A stretch of DNA of 46,113 nt from Chrysochromulina tobinii. Lineage: Eukaryota. Of this stretch, positions 30,744 to 40,771 are shown in pieces (positions within the stretch are counted from its first letter, which is position 1; each line of letters opens with the position of its first letter). A program made the position numbers and the translations under genes. Where the stretch lies: assembly GCA_001275005.1 (NCBI GenBank), contig JWZX01003247.1:1-46113 (forward strand), written 5' to 3'. Below the pieces are notes generated by a model. It saw only the letters and a program-made list of their open reading frames with translations. It did not search any database and was not told where the DNA came from.

Positions 30744-33227
30744 TCAGACCATAGCCTTCGCGTTGGCCTGAAGGTTGGCGCGTGCGCGGGGGCCAAACTG
30801 CTTGCCCGGCACGGGAGTAACGGCGGCGCCCACGGCGACGCCCCCGCGCCCGTTTGGTTTCGTGGGCGGCGCGCCGCTCGGCGCTGGGGCTGCGGCTGCT
30901 GACGTTCCAAGAAAGGGGATCCAGCTGAACCATCCGCGACTCGGGGGCGGCGGCTTGGCGGCGGCCGGCTTGGCGGCGGCCGGCTTCACGGCGGCGCCAC
31001 GTTGGCTGCGTCCCTTGTCGGCCGCCTTGTCCGCGGGCGCGAGGGCGGCGGCGGCCTTAGCAGCCGGTAGCTTGGGCGCGGGTAGCTTGATGACGTCCCC
31101 ACGACGTGCTGCGGCTACCTCCCTGTGCCACCACCAGATTTGGAAGGCGCGTCGGCCGGCGGCGAGGAGCAGCAAGGCGGCGGCGATGAGCGTCAGGCTA
31201 TGGGCGGCCGAGGGGCTGCCGAGCAGTCGAACCGCCCAGGAGTCTGTTGGCCAATTCTCGAGCATGCTTGTGGGCAGGCCCGTACCCTCAGACGTCCCAT
31301 GGACGGGCGGCGGCTCGGCAAACCAGCGTGCGCCGTAGCCGGCGATGAGGAGCTCTGCGGCGGCGAGGCTCGTCCAAGGCGCAAAAGCGGCGGCGGCGGC
31401 GGCGGCGACGGGGGGCGGCGCCTCGCCTGCTTCGAGGTCGGTCTCATGCAAGGGAGCGTACTCGATGCCACTGCCGCCTCCGCAGAGTCGCGTGCCCAGA
31501 TGGCACAGCAACGTCCACAGAGTGACGAGAGCGATGACGAGGGCGCCCAGGTGGAGCAGTGCCGTTCCGGGCTCCGCCGCAAACGGCGTCGCGCACGAGC
31601 TGCTCACCTCGAGCTCGACCTCCTTCTCGAAGCTCATGAAGGCCTGCTTCGCTGCAGCCCACCGCGCCTCGAAGCTGTCGTCCATACTGCTGCTGCTGCT
31701 GCTGCTGCTGATGTGCGCAATGGGTGCGCTGGGCGGTGGAAACTTGGCCCATGCAAGCTCCCGCCGCCCGTGCGCCGTCGCGAGCGCCTCGGCACTAGTG
31801 GTGCTAGGCGCGAGCGAGCCGCGGAGCGTCGTCATCGGCGGCGCACACGCCGCCGTCCAGCTCCCGAGCACGAGGAGGAGGAGCAGCAGCGCCACGAGCG
31901 TGAGCAGGTCGGCGCACGCGCTCCCCTCCGGCCGCGGCGGCTCCGGCAGCCTGCGTCGCACCGGCTTCTTGGGCGGCGACTTGGTGCCGAAATCGACCCT
32001 GGCCTTCGCGGTGAACTCGGCGCGCGGCTCCGACGGCGCACCGGGCGCCGCGTACTCGACCTCCACAAAGGGGTTCTTGGCGGCCCTCTCGCGCTCGAGC
32101 TCCGCGGCTTTGAGCTTCGCCGCCGCCGCCTTCTCATACCGAAGCCTCGAGCCGTTGGGCAGATTCTCCCAACCATCGACGAGCATCGCACGCGACGGTG
32201 GGCCGTCCGTACTGCGCATCGCGAGCCTCGTCTTCTCCTCGGCGTACTCCTCGAAGGCGGTCTTCTGCAGCTGCTCCTCAGCGCTCAGCTCCTCGAAGAC
32301 CCTCTCCTTCTTCGGTGCCGGCGCCCTCTTCTTCGGCGGCGGCGGCGGCGGCGGCGCAGCACCTCGGGAGGGCGGCACGGAGGGCGGCGGCGCGGCCGGA
32401 ACGGCGCTGTCCTCCGACCCCGCCGACGATGGACCGGCGGCGCTCGTGCCTGGGTACACGCTGCCGCGCGGAGAGCAATAGCCTTCCTCGATTGCCGGCG
32501 CAAACGTCGCACCGCCCTTGCCCTTCTTCGGCGGCGGGAGCGCCTGCGCGGTCGGGGGCGCGTACTCACGGCCATATGCGGTTTGCGGCGGTTCGTCGTC
32601 GTCTGCGTAGAGCAGGGCCGCGGCGCGCTCCTCTTTTTCGGGCGAGGGCGCACGCTTGTGCTCCCTCTTCTGCTGCTCACGCATCTCGCGCAGCTCCGAC
32701 AGCTCCTGCGCCATCGCAGCCTCGAGGTTCTCGCGGTCGACGGCGGCCGCCTCTTTCATGACCCGTAGCTCCTTGAGCTCCTCGGCGACGGCCTTGCCCG
32801 CGCGCTCGAGGTTGGCGCGATCGGCCGCGGCCGCCTTGCGCAGCTCCTGAAGCTCCTGCGCGAGCCGCTGCTCGCGCTGCTGCTCGCGCTGCTGCTCGAG
32901 CTCGCGCTGGCGCTGGTACTCCTCGTCTTCCTCCCGCTGCAGCTGGTTCCAGCGCGCGACGGCCGCGAGCTCGAGCTGCGCGAGCTCGGCGTCATTGAGT
33001 CGGTGACCCTTTGCCAGCCGGTCCTTGAGCACGTTCACCTCGTCCTCAGCCGAGCTCTTCTTCTTCTCCGGTGCAGCTGCCGGCCCCATCTTGGCGTCCA
33101 GCACAGCGCTCGACGCCTTGCTCGATTTCAGCGGCTTGCTCGTGCTCGCTTTGGCTGGAGTGGCGGCCTCCTTCTTCTTGCTCGTGGGCGATACGGCTTT
33201 GCTGAGGGATTTCAGCATGCTGCTCAT
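30744..33227 (-). CDS. Unknown 827-aa protein: coiled coil, HMG-box-like segment, 3-4 transmembrane segments
   Basis: Long ATG-started ORF with coding-like composition; E/Q/R-rich coiled coil; KTAFEEYAEE..WENL..RLRYEKAA; hydrophobic stretches in the C-terminal half. Confidence 0.7.
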   Translation of the reverse strand: MSSMLKSLSKAVSPTSKKKEAATPAKASTSKPLKSSKASSAVLDAKMGPAAAPEKKKSSAEDEVNVLKDRLAKGHRLNDAELAQLELAAVARWNQLQREEDEEYQRQRELEQQREQQREQRLAQELQELRKAAAADRANLERAGKAVAEELKELRVMKEAAAVDRENLEAAMAQELSELREMREQQKREHKRAPSPEKEERAAALLYADDDEPPQTAYGREYAPPTAQALPPPKKGKGGATFAPAIEEGYCSPRGSVYPGTSAAGPSSAGSEDSAVPAAPPPSVPPSRGAAPPPPPPPKKRAPAPKKERVFEELSAEEQLQKTAFEEYAEEKTRLAMRSTDGPPSRAMLVDGWENLPNGSRLRYEKAAAAKLKAAELERERAAKNPFVEVEYAAPGAPSEPRAEFTAKARVDFGTKSPPKKPVRRRLPEPPRPEGSACADLLTLVALLLLLLVLGSWTAACAPPMTTLRGSLAPSTTSAEALATAHGRRELAWAKFPPPSAPIAHISSSSSSSSMDDSFEARWAAAKQAFMSFEKEVELEVSSSCATPFAAEPGTALLHLGALVIALVTLWTLLCHLGTRLCGGGSGIEYAPLHETDLEAGEAPPPVAAAAAAAFAPWTSLAAAELLIAGYGARWFAEPPPVHGTSEGTGLPTSMLENWPTDSWAVRLLGSPSAAHSLTLIAAALLLLAAGRRAFQIWWWHREVAAARRGDVIKLPAPKLPAAKAAAALAPADKAADKGRSQRGAAVKPAAAKPAAAKPPPPSRGWFSWIPFLGTSAAAAPAPSGAPPTKPNGRGGVAVGAAVTPVPGKQFGPRARANLQANAKAMV

Positions 33228-33465
33228 GAGTGCACCGGACGGACTGCGCCGAGGAGGTCAATCCGCGGCTCTGCGTGCTCAAACACTTCGCGAAGCGTTG
33301 ACCCTCTTTCACCCCAAATTTGGGTTCGCCCATTCTCGTGATTTCACAGTCGTACCGGGTAGGTCGCTTTCAAGGGACAGGACTGTCAGTTTCCCCGGTC
33401 CAGCAGTTGCAACACGAGCAAGCGTGCGTACATAGGCGTCAGAGACGCGGGCCTGCTACGGTTCG

Positions 33466-34422
33466 TCAAGTCCGGATCATTTCCGGCCATGATTCCGACG
33501 CGTTGCCTTCGGGTGCTGCTGCTGGCGAGGGCGGCTCGACGTGCAACGCAGCGATGCTCTCGGCGACTCGGCCAACTTCATTGCCAAAGTCGTCAGCCTC
33601 CCGCAGCAAGAACGCCTCCGTCTGCTCCCGGCTCATCTCGGGCTCATGCCACGCCCGCACCGCCGCCGTTGTCACGTGCGCCAGGTACTTGGGCAGGTCC
33701 TCCTCATTGAGGTTGATGCGCCGCTGCATCTTGGGCGCTGGCGAGCCGCTCGATCGCTCGAGCTGCCGAAAGTAGTGCTCGATCGTCTCCAGCAGGTAGT
33801 CGGGCAAAGGGGCGAATAGCATCTTGCGGCGCAGTAAACTCTTTGCGTCCAATGCTGCCGCCGTCATCAGGCGTGGCTCTTGGGCACCGTCCGGGATCCA
33901 GACCACCGGTCGTACCGACGCATCTCCGCTCATCTTGAGGAGTAGCAAGCACGGCGAGTCGGCCGAGAGCGCGCCCACCGCCTGCGCGAGCGTCACACGC
34001 CGAGGGAAGCGAACGCGCGGTCCGCACTTGGGAGCACAGCGCATGTCGAGCTCGCTCCCTTTCCACAGCGCGTCGGCCACTTGGCGCACCACCTCAGGCG
34101 GCAGCTTGCTCAGAAGAGAGTCCGATGAGCTGGGGCGTGCACCGAGCCAAAGCAGCCTCTCCGTCTGCCAGCGCGCAGCTGCGGCGTAGTCAGTCTCGCT
34201 CCCGAAACTCGAAGTGAAGAGACCCCAATCGGAGGCGGGATTGCGGAGTTCGGAAACGTTGATCTCCTCGTAGCCAGGAAACGCGCCGCCGACGCAGCAG
34301 ATCTGCACGTAGACGCTGGCCAGCGGGTCCAAAGTGGCGTTGCACAAGGCTTGCAATACGCCATCCCTATTTCGTACCATCCAGTGCCGAATGGCCTCCT
34401 GCGCCTCCTGCGCGGCCGTCAT
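33466..34422 (-). CDS. Hypothetical protein; start uncertain (34422 or 34497)
   Basis: Globular-looking ORF with a weak F-box-like stretch SLLSKLPPEVVRQVADAL; no family recognised. Confidence 0.55.
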   Translation of the reverse strand: MTAAQEAQEAIRHWMVRNRDGVLQALCNATLDPLASVYVQICCVGGAFPGYEEINVSELRNPASDWGLFTSSFGSETDYAAAARWQTERLLWLGARPSSSDSLLSKLPPEVVRQVADALWKGSELDMRCAPKCGPRVRFPRRVTLAQAVGALSADSPCLLLLKMSGDASVRPVVWIPDGAQEPRLMTAAALDAKSLLRRKMLFAPLPDYLLETIEHYFRQLERSSGSPAPKMQRRINLNEEDLPKYLAHVTTAAVRAWHEPEMSREQTEAFLLREADDFGNEVGRVAESIAALHVEPPSPAAAPEGNASESWPEMIRT

Positions 34423-34768
34423 GCGGGACCGGGCTCTCCTCGTATTGAGGACCGGAGGCACCGTGCCACGCCGAGTGCGGAGTGCCGATGCGGCCATTCC
34501 TTGTCCTTTGAGTGATGATGAGGGCGGAGAGAAAGGAAGAAGCGAACGCGCAAGGGATCGGGATCGCGCGCGCGTGAACACACAGAAAACCTGTGTACAA
34601 GAGTCGGACATGTCAAGTCAGTTCAAGCTCAAGTCAAGTTTTCCTTACTCACCTGGCTCAGAAAAAACAGAACGCCAAGGGTCGTCGTCTACACGTGTGG
34701 AGCGGCTCGCGGCAGCTGCCAGCTCAAAGACTTTCAAAGCAAGCAAGCACCAAGCAGCAATGAGCAAA

Positions 34769-34819
34769 GACTTTTAAAGACGACGTTGAGCTTGCTTGAC
34801 TTTCAAAGACGACGTTGAG
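34769..34819. repeat. 22-bp direct repeat pair in an intergenic tract rich in tcaag/tcaaag
   Basis: gacttttaaagacgacgttgag and gactttcaaagacgacgttgag, one mismatch. Confidence 0.8.
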
Positions 34820-35094
34820 TATCCCCGCAGGTTTGAAAAGTGCGCCCTGGGCGCGCGGATTGACTCTCTATACTAGTAAACTCGTGTCGTCGAGAAGGTT
34901 CTGGATCTCGCGGTGGGACTCGGACCCTCTCAGTTTGCTGTCTCTGTTTGGCCGCTGTTAAGAGCCCATAGATTGCCCATGCAGCAAATGAATCGGCGTC
35001 TCAGTTCGTTCGGTTCGTGTGTCGAGGACTTCGAGGGCGGCCCGATGCGCTGCGACGACGAGGAGATCTCGATCTGATATCTATGGGCATCAGC

Positions 35095-35544
35095 TCACCG
35101 CCGTCGAGACCAGCTTAGCAGTTGCTTGGTCAGATGCCATCCAAGGCCCAGCTCGCATTCATACACCGCCAGCTGCGCGCCCGTCTCGCTGCGCAAAATG
35201 TCTGCTGTCCGCTGTGCGTCTCTCCACGTCGTCCAGAGCGCTTTTGATCGGCCATGGCTGTCAGTGCGCGCGCACGGCATTGATGACGGCCGCCCATGGC
35301 GAGGCGCGAGATGCCAGCAACCGCAGGCGCTGCACAAGTACGGTGATAGCCACTCGCTACCCGAACGGGCGTTTGCATGCACGGCGCCTTCATGTGCATC
35401 AGCCTGAGAGGCATACTCGGTGAGCGGTAGGCCAGTGGCACGGCCGAAGCAAGTGGTGCTCTTAGTCGGGCGGTTGTGTATCGAGCGTTCGAACCACGAT
35501 CGTCGAGCAACGCCCCCTCGTAGCACCTTCGTCACGACCATCAT
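35095..35544 (-). CDS. Small protein with two YxC..WHL putative Zn-binding modules
   Basis: Internal duplication: TEYASQADA..PYLCSACGCWHLA and KALWTTWRDA..VYECELGLGWHLT. Confidence 0.6.
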   Translation of the reverse strand: MMVVTKVLRGGVARRSWFERSIHNRPTKSTTCFGRATGLPLTEYASQADAHEGAVHANARSGSEWLSPYLCSACGCWHLAPRHGRPSSMPCARTDSHGRSKALWTTWRDAQRTADILRSETGAQLAVYECELGLGWHLTKQLLSWSRRR

Positions 35545-35778
35545 CGGGAGCCACGACCGATGAACTTGCAAGTGGTCAGATGATGACAGGAGGTGCGCCG
35601 ATCGGCGGACGGGGCCGCGCGGGGGAACCTAGTGGGCGAAAAATTTCCAATCGCGGCCCGACAAGTCAAGTCAACGCGAGTCCAACGCGAGTCCGAAGAC
35701 CGTGACGGAACAATAGGATGCTTTTCGACGAGGGGCCTCGTACAAGAAAGTGTCCATTACGGCGCGTCAACCGTCGCA

Positions 35779-37851
35779 ATGCGCAGCACGGTGCAGCCTG
35801 CGGATCGCCAGTTCCTCAAGCGCCAGAAGGGCGTGAAGGCGAAAATCGCGGCGCTCGCCTTCACCCTCGACAAACCGCTTCTGTCGCTCTTGCAATGCCA
35901 CATCTCGGTCTTCCCACGCGCTTGCTGTCGGGTGGAGCTCTGGTTTTTCACGCTGCTGCACACGGGCCTGTTCGTGCTCAAGCTGTACGGCTACACACCT
36001 TTGTTGGCGTCGATTACCAACGAACGCGCGCCCGTCAACGAATGGGCAATCACGCTCGAGGTCTCGATCGTGTCCATCTCGTCGACCTTCATGGCGCTCC
36101 TCCTCGTCTTCTACAACAGCCAGTGCTACGGTCGTTTCACGTCGTTCTACCATGCGTCGTGCGGCATGGGTGGCGCGCTGCAGGAGATCGCCGAGATCAC
36201 ATCGGTCACGATGGCTGGATCCCCGGCGCAGCGCTGGGACGTGTGCCGCTACGCGCTCGCCTCGGCCACTACGATCTACGGGAAGGTACTCAACCTCTCT
36301 AGGAACAAGCTGGCCAAGCTGGACGATGAGGCGTGGGAGCGTCTGATGGTCTCGGAGGAGGCGTGGCTGGGCACGGCCAAGGAGGGCGTGGAGCCCGCGA
36401 TGCCCGCACTCCTCGACGACAAGGAGCGCTTCGTCCTCTGCTCCGCCGAATGCGCCGGCAAGGAGTTCCAGATCCTCCAGATGTGGTCTCTGGACGCGGC
36501 GTACCGCGTGTACGCGCCCAACGGCGGCGCGGATGGGCTCATGTGCCACTACGGCCGTCTCGAGGATGCCGTGCTCCGGCTGCGCTCGCACGGCGCGGCC
36601 ATCACCAATCTGCTCGAGATGCCCGTGCCGTTCCCGTACTATCACATCCTCGTCGTGATCATGTTCGTCAACTTCACGCTGTTCAGCGTCGCCTTTCTGG
36701 ACCTGAACTCGTACGCGACGCCAGTCGCGATGTTCCTGATCGTCTTCATCTTCAGCGCGATGCGCGAGCTCTCATCAGCCCTCGCCAATCCCTTTGGCAC
36801 CGACGAGGCAGCCTCCCTCGTGTCCGCGTACGTTCACAAGCAGCGCGAGCTCATCTCGTTCCTTGCATGCTCGGAGCGCTGGCAGATGCATGCGTATGTT
36901 TGGGAGCCGGATGCAGGCGATGATGGGCAGCAGCTGCAGCAGCTGCCGTTGCCTCACCTGCCGCCTCATCCCGCCGACCTTGAGGCCGCGTACGCCACCG
37001 CCTATGCGCATCAGGAGCATCTGCTACAGCAGCAGCAGCAGCTGCAACAGCTCGAGGAGCAGCTCGAGCAGCAGCAGTACGAGCCGCCATACGACGAGGA
37101 GCCCCAGTCGTTACGGATGGAGCCGTTACGGATGGAGCAGCGCCTCGCCCTCGAGCAGCTGCTCGCCGAGCAGGGCGCGCAGATCGCCGCCCTCCAGGCG
37201 AACCTGCAGCAAGCCGCCGCTGCCCGCTCGGCACCCAACGGAAGCGCCGTCTCGAGCGCACCCAGAGGAAGCGGCGCAGCCCCAGCCGCCGCCGCGCCGA
37301 CCGCCGCGGGCGCAGGCGCGGCGCCAGCACCGCAGCGCGGTACGTTGCGCCCGGCGGGTCATGCTTGCATGCTTCCACCCGTCGTCGGACCACGCCCGGC
37401 ACGGCGCGGTCCTCTCAAGCTCGACGAACCCGGAGGCGCGCCCGCGACGGCGCCGTGCGCGGCGGCTGCCGTCCCAACGGCTCCTCCCCAGCGCGCGCCG
37501 CCGCCGCTGCCGAGCTCAGACGAGATTGCGCGGGGCTCGGGTGCGCTCGAGACGGCGCCTCCTAACGTGCTCCACGGCAACACGACGCAGCAGCGTGCCT
37601 CGCATTCCACAGCTTGGGCACGGGAGTTGCCGCCGGATCCCGTGCCGCAGACCCTCTCGTCGATCAAAACGACTCAGCCCTCGGCTGTGCCCACAGTACG
37701 CGCGCTGCTCAGTCCTCCGCCCGCCGCTGCGGCCGTGCAGCTGCCCGGCTACGAGTGCGTCAACGTCAATGGCAAGGTGAGCTGGCAGCCTGTGCGAGCG
37801 GGCGCGCACGCGGAAGGGGAGAATCAGATCGTGTATGAGAAGGAGGATTGA
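35779..37851 (+). CDS. Bestrophin-family anion channel with a long Q/A/P-rich tail
   Basis: LLLVFYNSQCYGRF, MPVPFPYYH, RELSSALANPFGTD; four hydrophobic segments; intronless. Confidence 0.85.
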   Translation: MRSTVQPADRQFLKRQKGVKAKIAALAFTLDKPLLSLLQCHISVFPRACCRVELWFFTLLHTGLFVLKLYGYTPLLASITNERAPVNEWAITLEVSIVSISSTFMALLLVFYNSQCYGRFTSFYHASCGMGGALQEIAEITSVTMAGSPAQRWDVCRYALASATTIYGKVLNLSRNKLAKLDDEAWERLMVSEEAWLGTAKEGVEPAMPALLDDKERFVLCSAECAGKEFQILQMWSLDAAYRVYAPNGGADGLMCHYGRLEDAVLRLRSHGAAITNLLEMPVPFPYYHILVVIMFVNFTLFSVAFLDLNSYATPVAMFLIVFIFSAMRELSSALANPFGTDEAASLVSAYVHKQRELISFLACSERWQMHAYVWEPDAGDDGQQLQQLPLPHLPPHPADLEAAYATAYAHQEHLLQQQQQLQQLEEQLEQQQYEPPYDEEPQSLRMEPLRMEQRLALEQLLAEQGAQIAALQANLQQAAAARSAPNGSAVSSAPRGSGAAPAAAAPTAAGAGAAPAPQRGTLRPAGHACMLPPVVGPRPARRGPLKLDEPGGAPATAPCAAAAVPTAPPQRAPPPLPSSDEIARGSGALETAPPNVLHGNTTQQRASHSTAWARELPPDPVPQTLSSIKTTQPSAVPTVRALLSPPPAAAAVQLPGYECVNVNGKVSWQPVRAGAHAEGENQIVYEKED

Positions 37852-38346
37852 TAGGGCGATTGGAAAGGGGGAGCCACTTCGGCTCCGCGAACGTGGGTGG
37901 CGTCTCTCTAGCGTCGAGGCGCCGCGACGTGCGTGGTGCGATTCGAGAAGTAACCTGAAGCGTCGCTTTGACAATTGTATGTTTATAGATGTTAGATCCC
38001 CGCGCATGCCGCATCCAATCGGCCCGTACGCGTTCGGCTACGACAACGACGCCGGCTCGTCAGGAATGTGCCGTCTGTGCCCCGGGCGGAACGGACGACG
38101 GGAGGTCGGGACGTCGAGGCGCCAAGGTCGCTCGACCTTAACGCTCGACGCCTCCACCGGTCGAACCGACGACGACGCGGGCTGCGGTGATACGGCCGTC
38201 CGTTCCACCTCGCCTATGCGTAGCGGAGCGAACCCCCTAAGTATGTAAAGCCCACTGATCTGAGTTGCGTCCTGAGGCTCTTCGCGGCTCGCAGTTCGCG
38301 ACGGTCGCAGTCGGTCGCCGGCCCATCCAATCCGGCGAGCTACCGA

Positions 38347-40131
38347 CTAGCACCAAGGAGTGTCTATGGGTTGCCGCAGCCAGCACGGGCCCACGCCGAC
38401 GTCGCCGCACGAGCCTAGGCACATGGCGAGAGCCGTCGTCGTCGTCGGGTCGACGCCGGCGGGGGGCATGTAGCCCGGCAGCTCCTTTGCAAGCATCGCA
38501 AGGGTTCGGACGGACAGCCAATTATTGCAAGCCATGTTCGCGCTCAGAGGCGGGCTTAGGTGGGCCGTCATGTTCAAGAGGTCGGAGCAGTGAAAGTCGT
38601 GGCCGTTGAGCGTGCCCACTTTGGGCGCATCCGCACACTCGGACGCGGAAGGCACCGTCCAGTTTGTCGGTTTGCAGTAGGTGGTCAAGCCAGCCGCCTC
38701 CGCGAGCGCATGCATGATCGTGCTCCGCGCCCGCTGTCCCGCGGTCAACAGGTTTGCATACGGGCGCGAGCAGTTCATGCCGCCAATACCGGCGCCGAAG
38801 TTGAAGCCCGATGTGATCGCCATCGAGACGCCCATCCGAAACTGCGGCATGTAGCCTTGGATCAGCGAGCCCGAGCCATAGTCTTGGCCGCCGTGGCCGA
38901 TCACCAGGAAGCCGCAAACGTCGAGTGGGACGCCGATCCCGTCCCACCGCCCCTCGAGCCCAAGCCCATACGCAACGATGTACTGCCCAAACTCTTCTGT
39001 GAGCGGCGCGAAGTCTGCCATCTGCGCGAGGGAAGCTTCGCTAATCAAAGCCTTCGAGTCGTTACGGAAGGCGGCGAAGGTGAAGCGTGCCACGTCCAAC
39101 GGGCGCGGCGCGATGTTCCCCCCCATCCACGAGTTGAGGCACGAGTGGTTCGAGATGTCGACGAAGGTCTCGTTCTCGAACCTGGAAGTGTACTGGTGCG
39201 CGATGCTCCCATAACTGAGGCAAGTGCCACGTGTGGGGAACAGGGTCGCATCGTCCACAGGGAGAGCTTCGCCCCACGAAAGCAAGCGCTGATCGAGCTG
39301 CGCCCAGTCATCGAGATCGAAGAGGCCGGCGAGTGCTAGCCCTATGAGCGAGTACGCGTTCGTCGAGTAGGCTCCTCGTCGCACCGTCTGTCCCGCGCCC
39401 GGCTGGCCCGCGGGCACGATGGTCTCCTCGCCCGGAGAGAAGAGGAACGACTTGTCCTGCTCGACGAGATACTCCAGGGGCTCCACATCGCGCGTCGAGT
39501 TCAGCACGGCGTAGTAGAGCCACTCGTTGCCGCCGGGCGTGTCGTAGTAGTCCCTGAGCCCCGAGTTCATGCTGAGGATGTGACGAAACGTCACGTTCTC
39601 GATGCGCGTGTCGTTCTTCCACAGGTTGAGCACACTCACCGCAGTCGGCCGCCCCTCGCCAGGGAAGCAGTGCAAGAAGCGCAGGCAGTACGAGCACCTG
39701 AGGTTCGTCTCTTGAGTCACGGCGCTGCAGTCGGGCTTCGGCGCCACGAGGCAGTGGGAGATTGGCGCGCATTCGGCGGCGCAGTACAGCGGGGCCTGGT
39801 CGCACGTCATCGGCTTCGCGAGGTACCTGTCGACCAGCGGTGCGACCGGCTGGTCGAGCTGAATGATGCCGACCTCGGCGAGACGCATCACCGCCACGGC
39901 GGTGTACATTTTGGTGGTCGAGCCCACGGGAATCTGGTTGTCGGGCGTCAGCCTGCTCGTGGTAGGCGTGCCATAGTTGTTCGCGCCGGACGTCAATGCG
40001 AGTTCGGTCGTTTCATTGTGAACGGCAAAGGAGAAGCTGCAGTTGAAGAAGGCGCTGTGGTCGTCCAAAATGCCTTGCAATCTCTCCTGCAGGCCGCTAA
40101 AGGCTGCGAAAACAAACCAGGCGAGCATCAT
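38347..40131 (-). CDS. Secreted beta-lactamase-related serine hydrolase (peptidase S12-like)
   Basis: Signal-peptide-like N-terminus, IPVGSTTKMYTA (SxxK), RHILSMNSGL, AYSTNAYSLIG, IGHGG. Confidence 0.85.
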   Translation of the reverse strand: MMLAWFVFAAFSGLQERLQGILDDHSAFFNCSFSFAVHNETTELALTSGANNYGTPTTSRLTPDNQIPVGSTTKMYTAVAVMRLAEVGIIQLDQPVAPLVDRYLAKPMTCDQAPLYCAAECAPISHCLVAPKPDCSAVTQETNLRCSYCLRFLHCFPGEGRPTAVSVLNLWKNDTRIENVTFRHILSMNSGLRDYYDTPGGNEWLYYAVLNSTRDVEPLEYLVEQDKSFLFSPGEETIVPAGQPGAGQTVRRGAYSTNAYSLIGLALAGLFDLDDWAQLDQRLLSWGEALPVDDATLFPTRGTCLSYGSIAHQYTSRFENETFVDISNHSCLNSWMGGNIAPRPLDVARFTFAAFRNDSKALISEASLAQMADFAPLTEEFGQYIVAYGLGLEGRWDGIGVPLDVCGFLVIGHGGQDYGSGSLIQGYMPQFRMGVSMAITSGFNFGAGIGGMNCSRPYANLLTAGQRARSTIMHALAEAAGLTTYCKPTNWTVPSASECADAPKVGTLNGHDFHCSDLLNMTAHLSPPLSANMACNNWLSVRTLAMLAKELPGYMPPAGVDPTTTTALAMCLGSCGDVGVGPCWLRQPIDTPWC

Positions 40132-40771
40132 AGCGACAAGTGCTCATCGTGATGCTCGCTTTCTCGCTGGTCATGGCGACCCATACACGCGGACGTTCAC
40201 ATTCACACACGTAACAGTGCCGTAGCACCGGTTGTCGCGTCTGTCGTGTTAACGTTCACACATTCACACACACACGCACTCGGGGCCGCGCAGGGGCGGC
40301 TTAGAAGAGCGACTTGTGTGCGCCCTCTCCACACTCTGTAATCAAAGTTCCTGTCAGGTTTTCATACTTCGATGGGCGAACAGGCGAGCGACCGAGTCAC
40401 CGAGAGGAAAAAACGCAAAATTGCGGGACGTGGTACCACTCCCAGTACTTTCTAAAGTATCACGACTTTGCAAAATGGGCGCACTTAGGATCTTAGACCC
40501 TTACCAGTCGTGGTGAGACGCCACGGGCGGGTCGCGGGAGGGCCGGGACCCGCGAGCAGAGTGTGTTTTATCAAAAGCGTCCGGTCCATGCCCCGCGAAA
40601 ACTAGCATGTAGCATCCGGCTAGCTCGTCACCTCGTCTAATCGTACGGTAGAAGTTGCGTGTGCGGTGTGGACGACCTTTTCGAGTGCCAGGCGGCTTGT
40701 GAAGTGACTTGGAGTTGCGAAGTGGAAATAATTGGTAAATTGGATGATTGTGCGCGCGGCGCGCGTCACGG

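Noticed and set aside
38347..40131. Antibiotic-resistance beta-lactamase or bacterial contamination
   Set aside because: The motifs only place it in the broad serine hydrolase family; it is Cys- and sequon-rich and embedded among intron-containing eukaryotic genes.
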